Shown: positions 26,264-34,642 of the stretch, one piece after another
Layout of the letters: the number at the start of each line of letters is the position of its first letter
How positions within the stretch are numbered: the first letter of the stretch is position 1
Virus record (IMG/VR): IMGVR_UViG_3300027869_000003
Span: 1 to 56,735 of that record
Reading direction: 5' to 3' (one strand)
Length of the DNA stretch: 56,735 nt
Source of the DNA: a virus
Lineage: Duplodnaviria > Caudoviricetes
Notes under the pieces: model-generated
What the model was told of the DNA's origin: nothing
The model's database searches: none
Seen by the model: only the letters and a program-made list of their open reading frames with translations
Position numbers and translations under genes: made by a program

Positions 26264-26776
26264 TTGAGTGAAATCGTCGCCGGCCCGCGCGTGACAGGAT
26301 CGTTCAGCGCTGCCGAGATAGACCGGTTGCGGACTTTATGGCACGAGGGCCACTCAACCCGGGTCATAGGCATCATGACGGGCCGCACCAAAAACGCCAT
26401 CGTTGGCAAGGCGCATAGGCTTGACCTTCCATCGCGCGAGAACCCAATCCCGCGTGAACCTGGCGAACCAAGATCACGGCCAGTGCGTGCGCCCGTCGTC
26501 ACGCTGCCGCCATTGCCATCTGTCGTGTCACTGCCGCCGCTGTTCGTGTTCGGCCCCTACACGCGCGCCCGCTCGGATGCGCCGCCCAGACCAGCGGTGG
26601 CGCCCGTCGCGGCGCGGTATGTTCCGGTTGGGCGGACGTGCCAGTTCCCGATGTGGGGGAACGAAGCGCCGACGCATGTTTATTGCGACGAGCCGGCGGT
26701 GACGCGGGAATACTGCGCGGTTCACAGATCAATCTGCTACCATCGCGTGTTTGATCGCAGGGAGATGGTGACGTGA
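26264..26776 (+). CDS. gcrA: GcrA-like cell-cycle transcriptional regulator
   Basis: LRTLWHEGHS..IG...TKNAIVGKAHRL N-domain; TCQFPMWG...YC...YC..H...Y C-domain; TTG start with GAAGGAG RBS. Confidence 0.88.
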   Translation: MSEIVAGPRVTGSFSAAEIDRLRTLWHEGHSTRVIGIMTGRTKNAIVGKAHRLDLPSRENPIPREPGEPRSRPVRAPVVTLPPLPSVVSLPPLFVFGPYTRARSDAPPRPAVAPVAARYVPVGRTCQFPMWGNEAPTHVYCDEPAVTREYCAVHRSICYHRVFDRREMVT

Positions 26777-27012
26777 GCGAACCTGAGAACGATTACACCA
26801 GCTTCTACGTTACGTTTGTAGATAATGGAGACAAGACATCCAATGTGTGGGTGTTCGACAAAGACACGGTAATGCCGGATATAACAGCCTATGAATTAGC
26901 GCAGATTCTTCGCATCGCGATAAAGCTGGATGACAGATACATGGATAAAATAATTGGCAACGAAAGATTGATGAGGCATTTCAAAATGCGCTCAGAGTCA
27001 TGGGTGCCATGA
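26773..27012 (+). CDS. Hypothetical protein, paralog A
   Basis: WVFDKDT..PDITAYELAQILRI...YMD...ERLMRHF; paralog of 27483..27713. Confidence 0.8.
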   Translation: MSEPENDYTSFYVTFVDNGDKTSNVWVFDKDTVMPDITAYELAQILRIAIKLDDRYMDKIIGNERLMRHFKMRSESWVP

Positions 27013-27083
27013 ACAACTTCATCTCCATATTCTACAACGCGCTAGCGTACCATCGCGTGCCGCGAGCGGAGTTGATGGCATGA
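27009..27083 (+). CDS. 24-aa linker mini-ORF echoing the GcrA C-terminus
   Basis: MNNFISIFYNALAYHRVPRAELMA; ATGA overlaps at both ends; shares TACCATCGCGTG with the gcrA 3' end. Confidence 0.5.
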   Translation: MNNFISIFYNALAYHRVPRAELMA

Positions 27084-27319
27084 CCGAATGGCAACCAGCC
27101 GAAACCGCGCCCAAGGACGGCACGAAATTCCTGGCGTACACGATCCATGGCGAGTTCGAGGTAACGTATTGGTTCACGATTCCGCGTGACCGTTACGAAG
27201 AAGTCAGCGAAGGGCTCTATCGTAAGACGCTGTGCGAAGACGGCTACTGGAATGGCAATGGCATCGCGTGGTGGATGCCGTTACCACCCGTTCCTGAATC
27301 GGAGCCGCCGAAGCCATGA
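27080..27319 (+). CDS. DUF551-like phage protein
   Basis: WQPAETAPKDG...WWMPLPPVP. Confidence 0.8.
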   Translation: MTEWQPAETAPKDGTKFLAYTIHGEFEVTYWFTIPRDRYEEVSEGLYRKTLCEDGYWNGNGIAWWMPLPPVPESEPPKP

Positions 27320-27480
27320 CCAACCACATCCAGATCACCCGCACCGGCCGCGTCGTCCGCATCGAGATCGAGTGCGCTGACGAGTATCAGGCCATGGCGT
27401 TTTTCGATGAAGCCGAAGCGCAGGCCGACGCCGGCGAAATCCGCATCACGTTCCCGAAACAGGCAACCGAACCGGAGTAA
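27316..27480 (+). CDS. Hypothetical protein (54 aa)
   Basis: Own translation MTNHIQITRTGRVVRIEIEC...TEPE; coupled start. Confidence 0.6.
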   Translation: MTNHIQITRTGRVVRIEIECADEYQAMAFFDEAEAQADAGEIRITFPKQATEPE

Positions 27481-27482
27481 CA

Positions 27483-27713
27483 ATGCCAGAAACCAACGAT
27501 TATATCAGCATATCCGTCAGATTTGTCGATGAAGAGGATCGGACACCCACAACATGGGTATTCGACAAGGACACGGCGAAACCCGACCTGACGGCTTATG
27601 AATTGGTGCAAATCCTTCGCATCGTCCTGACCACAGACAATAAATACATGGATGAGATAAGGGGCGACGAAAGACTGATGCGCCACTTCCAGATGCGCGA
27701 AAAGCCGGAGTAA
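27483..27713 (+). CDS. Hypothetical protein, paralog B
   Basis: Paralog of 26773..27012; flanked by the direct repeat CCGGAGTAACAA. Confidence 0.8.
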   Translation: MPETNDYISISVRFVDEEDRTPTTWVFDKDTAKPDLTAYELVQILRIVLTTDNKYMDEIRGDERLMRHFQMREKPE

Positions 27714-27732
27714 CAACAAAGGAGCACGCCGC

Positions 27733-27933
27733 ATGTCCGAAACGCACAGCCATCGCATGGCCCGCATCACCGCGAGCGTCACCGACGTTTCAGTTCCGGT
27801 TTCCGCACGTCTCGTGGCCGGTGTGCTGCGGTCAGCCGGCGACGCGGTGCAGGATCGCGGCGCCGATGTGCCGGTCGTGACGGTGCGGCTGCTGGCGCGG
27901 CTGCTGGCGGCATTTATGGAGGATGCGCGGTGA
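27733..27933 (+). CDS. Hypothetical protein
   Basis: AAAGGAG RBS. Confidence 0.6.
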   Translation: MSETHSHRMARITASVTDVSVPVSARLVAGVLRSAGDAVQDRGADVPVVTVRLLARLLAAFMEDAR

Positions 27934-28132
27934 CGACCGCGAACGCCGAGCGGTGGATCCCCGCGCCGCCACCGCGCCCGATCGCGCACGTCCAGAATTT
28001 ACGCCGCGAACCCTGGTGGTTTGTCCTGGAGTTGAGCGACAGCAGCGAGACGTGGATTCTGGCTGACAGGAAGGCTTCCTTGCCGCACATGCGGCTTGCG
28101 CCAGACGCCCCGGAATCGCTAGACCACGATCA

Positions 28133-28547
28133 GGCAAACCAAGAGGCAAACGACATGGCGAATGAGGCAAACCAGGAGCCCGACAAGGCTCCCTGGACCG
28201 TGAAGTCAGTTCCGGTGGAAACGCGGAAACTGGCCGTTTCCTGCGCCACGAAGACTGGTGAAACCATGGCCGAATGGCTGGCCCGCGCCGTCCGCAATCA
28301 GGCAAACCTTGAGACTGGCGAGCGGGTGATCCCGCCGAAGCCGGAGAAGGTTGTCGCGCCTGCCATTGCTCGTGAGGACATGGCGGCGCTCGTCAGCCTA
28401 ATGACCGCTGTCCAGTCGATGGCGGCGGCGCCAAGCGATCAGATCCCGTCGTCGGTCGTCCGGCAGGCGGTCGGTATGCTGCGCGATCAGCTTCGTCTTG
28501 CGCGCGGTAAAACCCTCAGGCAAACCAGCACGAAAAACTGGCAAACC
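28133..28547 (+). repeat. Six GGCAAAC(C) direct repeats (iterons)
   Basis: Copies at 28133, 28145, 28166, 28301, 28519 and 28540, in two different reading frames. Confidence 0.8.
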
Positions 28548-28625
28548 ATCAATGCCGGTCTACTGAATGGCGAAGCTCACCGAAGCCTTCCGAGCCCGGT
28601 CAACCAAGAGGACGCCACACCATGA
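28155..28625 (+). CDS. RHH-like DNA-binding protein, plasmid stability/ParG-like candidate (ORF is open from 27930)
   Basis: PWTVKSVPVETRKLAVSCATKTGETMAEWLARAV strand-helix-helix; GAGG RBS; promoter-like TTGCGC-18-TAGACC at 28096-28125. Confidence 0.65.
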   Translation: MANEANQEPDKAPWTVKSVPVETRKLAVSCATKTGETMAEWLARAVRNQANLETGERVIPPKPEKVVAPAIAREDMAALVSLMTAVQSMAAAPSDQIPSSVVRQAVGMLRDQLRLARGKTLRQTSTKNWQTINAGLLNGEAHRSLPSPVNQEDATP

Positions 28626-28834
28626 CAACCGCTATCCGTCACGGCCAGCGCCACGAAGCCGCGCTGCTGGCGATCCGCGAGTTCGAGACCGTGCGCGGCG
28701 ACCTGGAACGCCTGCTCCGCAAGTTATCCGACACCAGCCTCGCGCCGGCGGCGTGGGACGCGGCGCTCGAGCGCGTGCGGACGCAGACCACGGATCTGCG
28801 GGCGTTCGTTAGCGCGATCCAGGAGGCCGGATGA
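28622..28834 (+). CDS. Small helical protein
   Basis: 70 aa, coupled to the RHH-like gene, GAGGA RBS. Confidence 0.65.
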   Translation: MTTAIRHGQRHEAALLAIREFETVRGDLERLLRKLSDTSLAPAAWDAALERVRTQTTDLRAFVSAIQEAG

Positions 28835-28881
28835 CGTTTTGTACAATTCCACAGGTTATCCGTAAACGGTCGTTTGATCAG

Positions 28882-28965
28882 GTGGCCGAGTGCTCCCGGC
28901 GGCCTGGAACGCGGTGGTTTCGCGTGGCGTCGCCGAGCACCGGGGCTGAACTCTACCGGGGCCAC
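28882..28965. ncRNA. Putative structured RNA (nested stems)
   Basis: GTGGCC/GGCCAC, GTGCTC/GAGCAC, GGCGGC/GTCGCC, ACGCG/CGCGT; intergenic; TTGTAC-18-TAAACG upstream on +. Confidence 0.45.
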
Positions 28966-29028
28966 GGAATAATGTGCCTATTTTACCCTATCAGCCAGTT
29001 AGCGTAATGCAACGCGCAAGGTATTGAA

Positions 29029-29478
29029 ATGACGCATGAAATTCCAGATGCCGTGCTCGATGTGGCGCCTGAGATCATTACCCACGAAGAAGCCCGCGAA
29101 ATAGTGATCCGCATGTGCAATTCGCATTTCGATAATCTCGGTGAGCATATGCGGGCGTCCATCCCCGCAGACCCAAAGCGCGATGACGACCTGCGGCTGG
29201 CTGAGTATATCAGGCAACAAGAAGCCAAAGACGCCATCCCCTCCGCCGACAAGGCGCGGGGAATCAGCGGACTGCCGATGATGCCGCCTGGATATCGATT
29301 TGTTAGGGGCGTTCTCGCTGACGGGTCTGATCAGCCGGCCCCGTCGTCCGCCCTCCGCGCGATCCTGCATCGGTTCCAGAACGTCAGCATGAAGCCGGGC
29401 GGGTTCGCGTATAGCTATGTGCGCGCCGACGAACTGACCGCCGCACTGGCTGAACTGGCGGCGATGGAGCGGAGATGA
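29029..29478 (+). CDS. Hypothetical protein
   Basis: 149 aa, AAGG RBS. Confidence 0.65.
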   Translation: MTHEIPDAVLDVAPEIITHEEAREIVIRMCNSHFDNLGEHMRASIPADPKRDDDLRLAEYIRQQEAKDAIPSADKARGISGLPMMPPGYRFVRGVLADGSDQPAPSSALRAILHRFQNVSMKPGGFAYSYVRADELTAALAELAAMERR

Positions 29479-29714
29479 CTGTCTGGATGTTCGCGCTCAA
29501 TGTGGTGGTTGCCGTGATGGCGATTGATGCCACGGAAACGATGCTGAAATGGATCAGGAGATGACCACCGACGCCCAGATAATCGTGCTGATCCGCGCCG
29601 CGTTCCTGTGCTCAGAGCGGGCGGCGGTCGCGTTCCTCGCGGAGATGAAGGCGGCGGTGCGAACCGATCGGCCTACGGGCTGAAGAGATTAAGGCAGGCA
29701 AGGAGAACGCTCCA

Positions 29715-30584
29715 ATGCCAAAAGATCAGACCGCCGTCTTTGAAAGCGTCCTCGACAGCATAACCCACCTTCTCGCCGGCAATGACGTGCGCGCGGATAC
29801 GATGTTTCCAAAAGCCGCGCTGAAGGACTTTGATGGATTCGAGTTGTTCGATCCTGAGTTGGGCAGAGACGACGAAATCCTTTACGCCGCCGACGTGAGC
29901 GATGCTCCGGTCTGGCCTATGGATGCGAAATTCGCATTCCCGAAAGAGGGGCAGGAACTCGGAGAGAACGTTGGCCAAGGATGGTTGTTCGCCCGGGTTT
30001 CCACCCTCAACATGAAAAAATGGCGTGGGAAGCTGCGCCTGACATTTCCGCGCATGGTCGAGATAAGCGAGGCATATATCGATGGGCGTGGACTGGCGTG
30101 GTCCTGTAGCGCGCCGGTCGGACTGGCGAAAAACAAATCCGTGGATTGTCTGGCTCACAATCACCCGAAAGGCGGAGATCGCGTTTCGTTCGCGGCGATC
30201 TATGATCGTTCGAGCCGCTCAGACAGCGGCACGGCGAACGAGGATGATTTCAGGATCAGGATCGCGCATGGAGTGGAACTGCGACGCGAATACCTGTGGT
30301 CGGTTTTATTGGGGGAACAAGACGTTCCACGCGCGAGGTTTGTCACCGATCCTGTCGGTGTTCGCGCTGCTTTTCGGCTGCGTGACATCCCGCCTGGCAA
30401 GGCGCGACGGGCGGCATTGCGCCATTGGGTAAAGAACCATTGGCGTCAGTCCCGTGACCCATCGCACGAGGATAATATCTTCGTTCGAGAATATCTGCGC
30501 GGCGCGACACGGTTCGGATGGAATGGCCTCGACTGCACCATTGAACCGTCTCGGGACGATATTCGACGCGCTACGCCGTCCTGA
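29715..30584 (+). CDS. Hypothetical protein with C-terminal H-W-V-x-x-H-W-R motif
   Basis: 289 aa, AAGGAG RBS; last + strand gene, converges on the late operon. Confidence 0.8.
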   Translation: MPKDQTAVFESVLDSITHLLAGNDVRADTMFPKAALKDFDGFELFDPELGRDDEILYAADVSDAPVWPMDAKFAFPKEGQELGENVGQGWLFARVSTLNMKKWRGKLRLTFPRMVEISEAYIDGRGLAWSCSAPVGLAKNKSVDCLAHNHPKGGDRVSFAAIYDRSSRSDSGTANEDDFRIRIAHGVELRREYLWSVLLGEQDVPRARFVTDPVGVRAAFRLRDIPPGKARRAALRHWVKNHWRQSRDPSHEDNIFVREYLRGATRFGWNGLDCTIEPSRDDIRRATPS

Positions 30585-31953
30585 CGATCACCAGCGCCGC
30601 GCTTTCCCCGACGATCTTCACCGGCTCCGTCACGCCCTTGAACGTCACTGTACCCACCCCGGCGATGAACGGGTTCGGGCACAGAGCGTTGATCGTGCCG
30701 CCGTTGATGAACCCGCCAGCAGAACCATTGCTTTGGGACTCTTCACCAACCCCCATGCAATGGTGGTCGCCGTCAGTTGCCGCCTTGTTCAGCGTGGCGC
30801 CAGTGATCTGGAACGGCACCGTAGATCCATCCGGTAGGTCGAAGCACGAACCGTTCGATGCCGCGAACGTGCCGCCGGTGACGATCAACTCAGGCCCGCG
30901 ATACTTAACCGCGTGAGCGTCCTTGCAACCGTTGCTGACAACCCGCGTGAGCGTCAGGCGGCGGCAGTCCGAACCCACGTAGAGATTGTGCGTATTCGCG
31001 CCGGCGTTGTTCGGCAGCCCGTTGTCCGAAATATCGCAGTCCTCGATGTCGATCACCACCGCCGAGCCGCCATGGCCGACACCGCACTGGTTGCCGTGTA
31101 GCGTCATGTTCTTGATCGTCAGATAGCCGCAACCCGCATCCGGCCTGATCGCCGAGGTTAGTTCACCCTGGCCCTGGTCCATCGCTGTGCCGGTGATCGT
31201 GCCGCCCTGGATGATGCAGTCCGCAGTCGGGACGATGCACCCCTTGCCGTATGCCAGCGAGCCCGTCTTGCCGGTCATATCCAGCGTCGCGCCGTTCAGG
31301 TCGAGCAGGATCGGCACCGTGATCGCCTTTGGAGGCTGTGTGTACATGCCCGGCACCAGCCTGATCGTATCGCCCGGTTGCGCCGCCGCCAGCGCATCAG
31401 CGAACTGAGCATCCCCACTGGCGAGGCGAAAATTGCTCGACGAGCCTGGCGCGATGGCAGACGGTGTGGGGAACGCGGGCAGCGGCGGCGGTGCTGGCGT
31501 GCCTGTCGTGCCGGTCGAGGCCGCCGGCAATGGCGTGTTCCGGAACCCGTTGGCGTTCTGCGTCTGGATGGCACCGGATCCGAGAAACACGAACACGGTG
31601 CCTTGGCGCACGAGTAGTTGTACCGGCGGGCTGTCCGCATGGCCTGACCAGCCGGCCATCTGCGAGGCGCCGTTGATCCAGTATTCGTTCACGCCCGCCA
31701 CGACTTTCAACGTGTGGACGCGCCCGGAGGCGTCGAGCAGATACGGCCGGCCGCCGACCACGCCGTTCGTGATCGTCTGTCGGCTGTCCTCTGGCGACGG
31801 GAATTTCGCGAGCGCCGGATCGGCGGGGAAATAGTCGGTGGTATCGACCGGGACAGTGCCCGTTCCGGTGCCTCCGCCTGTATAGGCTTGCAGAAACGCC
31901 AACATCTTCGCCGCGTCGGCGACGAGGTCGAGCGTGCCAAATTCGATTGTCAT
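30571..31953 (-). CDS. Right-handed beta-helix (pectin-lyase-like) protein
   Basis: ALAAAQPGDTIRLVPGMY, repeated beta-helix rungs, HNLYV; ATG 31953 coupled. Confidence 0.8.
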   Translation of the reverse strand: MTIEFGTLDLVADAAKMLAFLQAYTGGGTGTGTVPVDTTDYFPADPALAKFPSPEDSRQTITNGVVGGRPYLLDASGRVHTLKVVAGVNEYWINGASQMAGWSGHADSPPVQLLVRQGTVFVFLGSGAIQTQNANGFRNTPLPAASTGTTGTPAPPPLPAFPTPSAIAPGSSSNFRLASGDAQFADALAAAQPGDTIRLVPGMYTQPPKAITVPILLDLNGATLDMTGKTGSLAYGKGCIVPTADCIIQGGTITGTAMDQGQGELTSAIRPDAGCGYLTIKNMTLHGNQCGVGHGGSAVVIDIEDCDISDNGLPNNAGANTHNLYVGSDCRRLTLTRVVSNGCKDAHAVKYRGPELIVTGGTFAASNGSCFDLPDGSTVPFQITGATLNKAATDGDHHCMGVGEESQSNGSAGGFINGGTINALCPNPFIAGVGTVTFKGVTEPVKIVGESAALVIVRTA

Positions 31954-32852
31954 GCTGTCACCAGGGTTGGCAGATGATGACCGGGCGCGTTCCCGCCATC
32001 GATCCATGCCAGGTTGTGGCCATTGATGCCGGGTTCGGCGGCAACCCGAGGATCGTGCGTGAACGACCACGCATCCCACACACGCGAGCCCCAGATCGCG
32101 ACCGCGCTTTCGCCGCCCGCATGGCGCGCGATCTCCGCGTCTGTCGGCGTGCCGCGCACCACGGCCCAATCGCGAAGGCCGCCGTCGAAATTGTGCCGCT
32201 CGATGTTCGTCGCGCCGGCGACGACCGTCTTGTACGAGCCGAACGTCAACGCGAGCGGCCCTTGCGGGACGATCGTCGTCACGACCTCGGGAACGGCACG
32301 GGCTCCATCAACGACGAGGTCGCGGGACGTGGTCGAGGCGACCGTCGCGCAAACGTGCTGCCATTGGTTTGACTTCACGGTGCCGTTGCTGTCGGCGAGG
32401 ACTTGCCATCCCCCCGGCGCCGGCCACCACCACTGGAACAACCGAACCATGGCGCCCTGTAGGGTCAGGCTGATCAGCCCGCCGTCAGGATTGTCCTGGG
32501 CGCCGATCGCCGCCAGCATCCCGAACATGGAATCGCGGGCCAGGAAAAAGCCGGTCATGAAGAACGGCCCGGCGACGAGTTCGGCCGGCACGTCAACGCG
32601 GCTTTGGGTGACGAAGCCTGGCCCGTTGCCGGGGTCACCCTGGAACTGCACGTAAGGCAGCATCGCCGCGCCATCGACCGGCGGGAAGTTCGCGATCGCC
32701 GGTGGCGTCGTGACAACGGGCGGATCCACCACGACAGGCGGATCGACCGCTGGCGGCTGCGTTGCCGGCGGCGCGACTGGCGCACCGCCGAGCAAGCGTA
32801 ACAGCGGCGCGAGGTCGGCGCCGAGTGGGTCGGACGACCTCAGATGAATCAT
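31950..32852 (-). CDS. LamG/concanavalin-A-like lectin domain protein
   Basis: NQWQHVCAT, LVVDG, FDGGLRDWAV...PTDAEI. Confidence 0.75.
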   Translation of the reverse strand: MIHLRSSDPLGADLAPLLRLLGGAPVAPPATQPPAVDPPVVVDPPVVTTPPAIANFPPVDGAAMLPYVQFQGDPGNGPGFVTQSRVDVPAELVAGPFFMTGFFLARDSMFGMLAAIGAQDNPDGGLISLTLQGAMVRLFQWWWPAPGGWQVLADSNGTVKSNQWQHVCATVASTTSRDLVVDGARAVPEVVTTIVPQGPLALTFGSYKTVVAGATNIERHNFDGGLRDWAVVRGTPTDAEIARHAGGESAVAIWGSRVWDAWSFTHDPRVAAEPGINGHNLAWIDGGNAPGHHLPTLVTA

Positions 32853-33226
32853 GGAGTGGGCGGCGTAGGGGCTGGCGTGTTCGCCGTGACCGCTGATGCC
32901 ATGGCGGCCGCGTTGCTGTTGAGGCTATCGACAACGGCTTGCATGGCGACGGGATCGTTCGCCGCAATGGCGTCTTTTAGCTGCTGCGCCAGGCCCGCGA
33001 GCAGCGCGAGGACCGAGTCCTCAACCGTTTTTTCTGCCGCGACAGCAGCCTGGATGTCCACGAGTGTCGCCATGATGATCTCCTGTTTTTGGATGATGCG
33101 GTCTAGTTTCTGGCTGAGTTCTTCAATCTTGCGATCTGCCGCCAGTAGGAGCAGCCGCGACGTGCGCGTCCCAAGCATGTCCTCGACCTCGTCGAAAATC
33201 GCGCGCCACCTGTTGTCGCTTGTCAT
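32849..33226 (-). CDS. Coiled-coil hypothetical protein
   Basis: IMATLVDIQAAV...SVLALL.GL..QL..AI...AVTANTP. Confidence 0.7.
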   Translation of the reverse strand: MTSDNRWRAIFDEVEDMLGTRTSRLLLLAADRKIEELSQKLDRIIQKQEIIMATLVDIQAAVAAEKTVEDSVLALLAGLAQQLKDAIAANDPVAMQAVVDSLNSNAAAMASAVTANTPAPTPPTP

Positions 33227-33402
33227 TTTCTTGGCTCCGCGCACGCCACGGCGTTCCGCTCGATGCGCTCCATGTCAATCCGCAGCGCATCCACGGTGAC
33301 GGACATGGCGACCAGCGCATGAGAATTTTGCCACGCGATCGTGACCAGCGCGGCAAGAAGCAAGGGTAACAAAGCGATAGCCGACTTGGTCCATACGGTC
33401 AT
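33223..33402 (-). CDS. Small single-TM protein (59 aa)
   Basis: Own translation MTVWTKSAIALLPLLLAALVTIAW... Confidence 0.6.
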   Translation of the reverse strand: MTVWTKSAIALLPLLLAALVTIAWQNSHALVAMSVTVDALRIDMERIERNAVACAEPRK

Positions 33403-33606
33403 TCACCGCGCCGGTTGTGCTTTATCGAACAGCCAGCGCAGGACTTCCAGAAGCGCCGGATTAGTCGGGTCTTTGAACCCATTCATCGCGTGATACGTCG
33501 CGCAAAACAGCGCGATCTTTTCAGGTGCGGGATCCTCGCTCACGACCGACGCGGACTTTGCCGTCAACCGCAGCGGCGGATCCTCCGTCCATTGTCCATG
33601 TCTCAT
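33403..33606 (-). CDS. Hypothetical protein
   Basis: MRHGQWTEDPP...; coupled to the endolysin stop. Confidence 0.55.
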   Translation of the reverse strand: MRHGQWTEDPPLRLTAKSASVVSEDPAPEKIALFCATYHAMNGFKDPTNPALLEVLRWLFDKAQPAR

Positions 33607-34301
33607 GATACCTCGACCTCGCCCGTTGTTGTGATCCGCACTTTCGACCCGCGCGGCACGCTGATCGTCACGGTGACGGTGTCCGTCTCCGGCGGCTCCG
33701 AGACACCAGCCCACGACGCACGCAACTCATCATCGGTGCCGTCGAATGAGTCGAGATCCACATTGCCCGTGATTCCCGCGATGGAGCCGTGTGCCGTCCA
33801 CTGCCACAGCCATGGCTTCGACCATCCAGGCGGGCACACGGGCGCCGCGGCATATTGCGCGAGCCACAGCCGGCATTTGCTCAGGACGGGATCAGGGCCT
33901 CTCAGGGCTTCCTTGGCCGCGTTGCTGCTGTAAATGGCGATGCGTTGGCCGGTCGCGGCAAGAACGCGATCGTGGAACTCGATCACGTCACCCACCGACA
34001 TCGCGCCGTCTGTCGTGTTTTCCCAATCGAGCGCCAACAATTCGTCGGGTTGCCATCCGTCGAGGAAATTGGCGACTTGTGCCGCGATGTTGCCGGGATG
34101 GCCGAAGTGGTATCGGCCGAAAAGCAACCCGGCGCCCTTGGCCGCGACGCGACGCGCCGAATATTCACTGTCCCTGACCGTGGTGCCCTCGGAAAACTTG
34201 TGGATCACGCCGATGACGCCGGCGCCCTTAACCATCTGGAAATCCGGCGTCGGCTGGAAATGACTGATATCGATGATTTTGTGGTTCTGCGGATAACTCA
34301 A
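33603..34301 (-). CDS. Endolysin, GH25 muramidase
   Basis: IDISHFQ, KFSEG, GRYHF, ALDWE, LWLAQY, WQWT, GNVDLD; TTG start with AGGAG RBS. Confidence 0.92.
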   Translation of the reverse strand: MSYPQNHKIIDISHFQPTPDFQMVKGAGVIGVIHKFSEGTTVRDSEYSARRVAAKGAGLLFGRYHFGHPGNIAAQVANFLDGWQPDELLALDWENTTDGAMSVGDVIEFHDRVLAATGQRIAIYSSNAAKEALRGPDPVLSKCRLWLAQYAAAPVCPPGWSKPWLWQWTAHGSIAGITGNVDLDSFDGTDDELRASWAGVSEPPETDTVTVTISVPRGSKVRITTTGEVEVS

Positions 34302-34303
34302 GG

Positions 34304-34552
34304 CTACTTTTCTCCTGTTGCCTGATCGGCGATTGTCTTGTCCTTCGCGCGGCTCCCGCTCGATGACCCCAGCCAGTAGCCCGCCGCCGTTGTCGCCTGC
34401 GCCGACGCGGCACCGAGTAAGATTCCCAGCGAAGGGTCCTTCGTCCACCACGCCACCGTAATGGCGAGAACGAAGACCACCTCAGCGAAAATGGAAACGA
34501 CAACCGGCCCGAGAATGGCAACCCGGCTTTCAGTGTGATTCGTGCCGCTCAT
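34304..34552 (-). CDS. Putative holin (2 TM)
   Basis: Two hydrophobic segments, GYWLGSSSGSRAKD tail; directly upstream of the endolysin. Confidence 0.7.
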   Translation of the reverse strand: MSGTNHTESRVAILGPVVVSIFAEVVFVLAITVAWWTKDPSLGILLGAASAQATTAAGYWLGSSSGSRAKDKTIADQATGEK

Positions 34553-34642
34553 TCAAAAGAACTGCATCAGGTTGGACAGCAACTCGAACACCAGAACCCA
34601 GGACAGCGAAGCAAGACAAAAAAGAACAAAGAATGGATTCAA
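34553..34642 (-). CDS. 29-aa hydrophobic peptide
   Basis: TTG start overlapping the upstream TGA; MNPFFVLFCLASLSWVLVFELLSNLMQFF fills the gap exactly. Confidence 0.5.
   Translation of the reverse strand: MNPFFVLFCLASLSWVLVFELLSNLMQFF

Noticed and set aside
28845-28865. DnaA-box-like AATTCCACA and TTATCCGTA
   Set aside because: Each has two mismatches to TTATCCACA; they are equally explained as promoter sequence.
28882-28965. Assignment of the structured segment as tRNA, SRP RNA, C4 RNA or a ribozyme
   Set aside because: No T-loop/anticodon pattern, SRP domain IV motif or ribozyme core could be matched by eye, so it is left unassigned.
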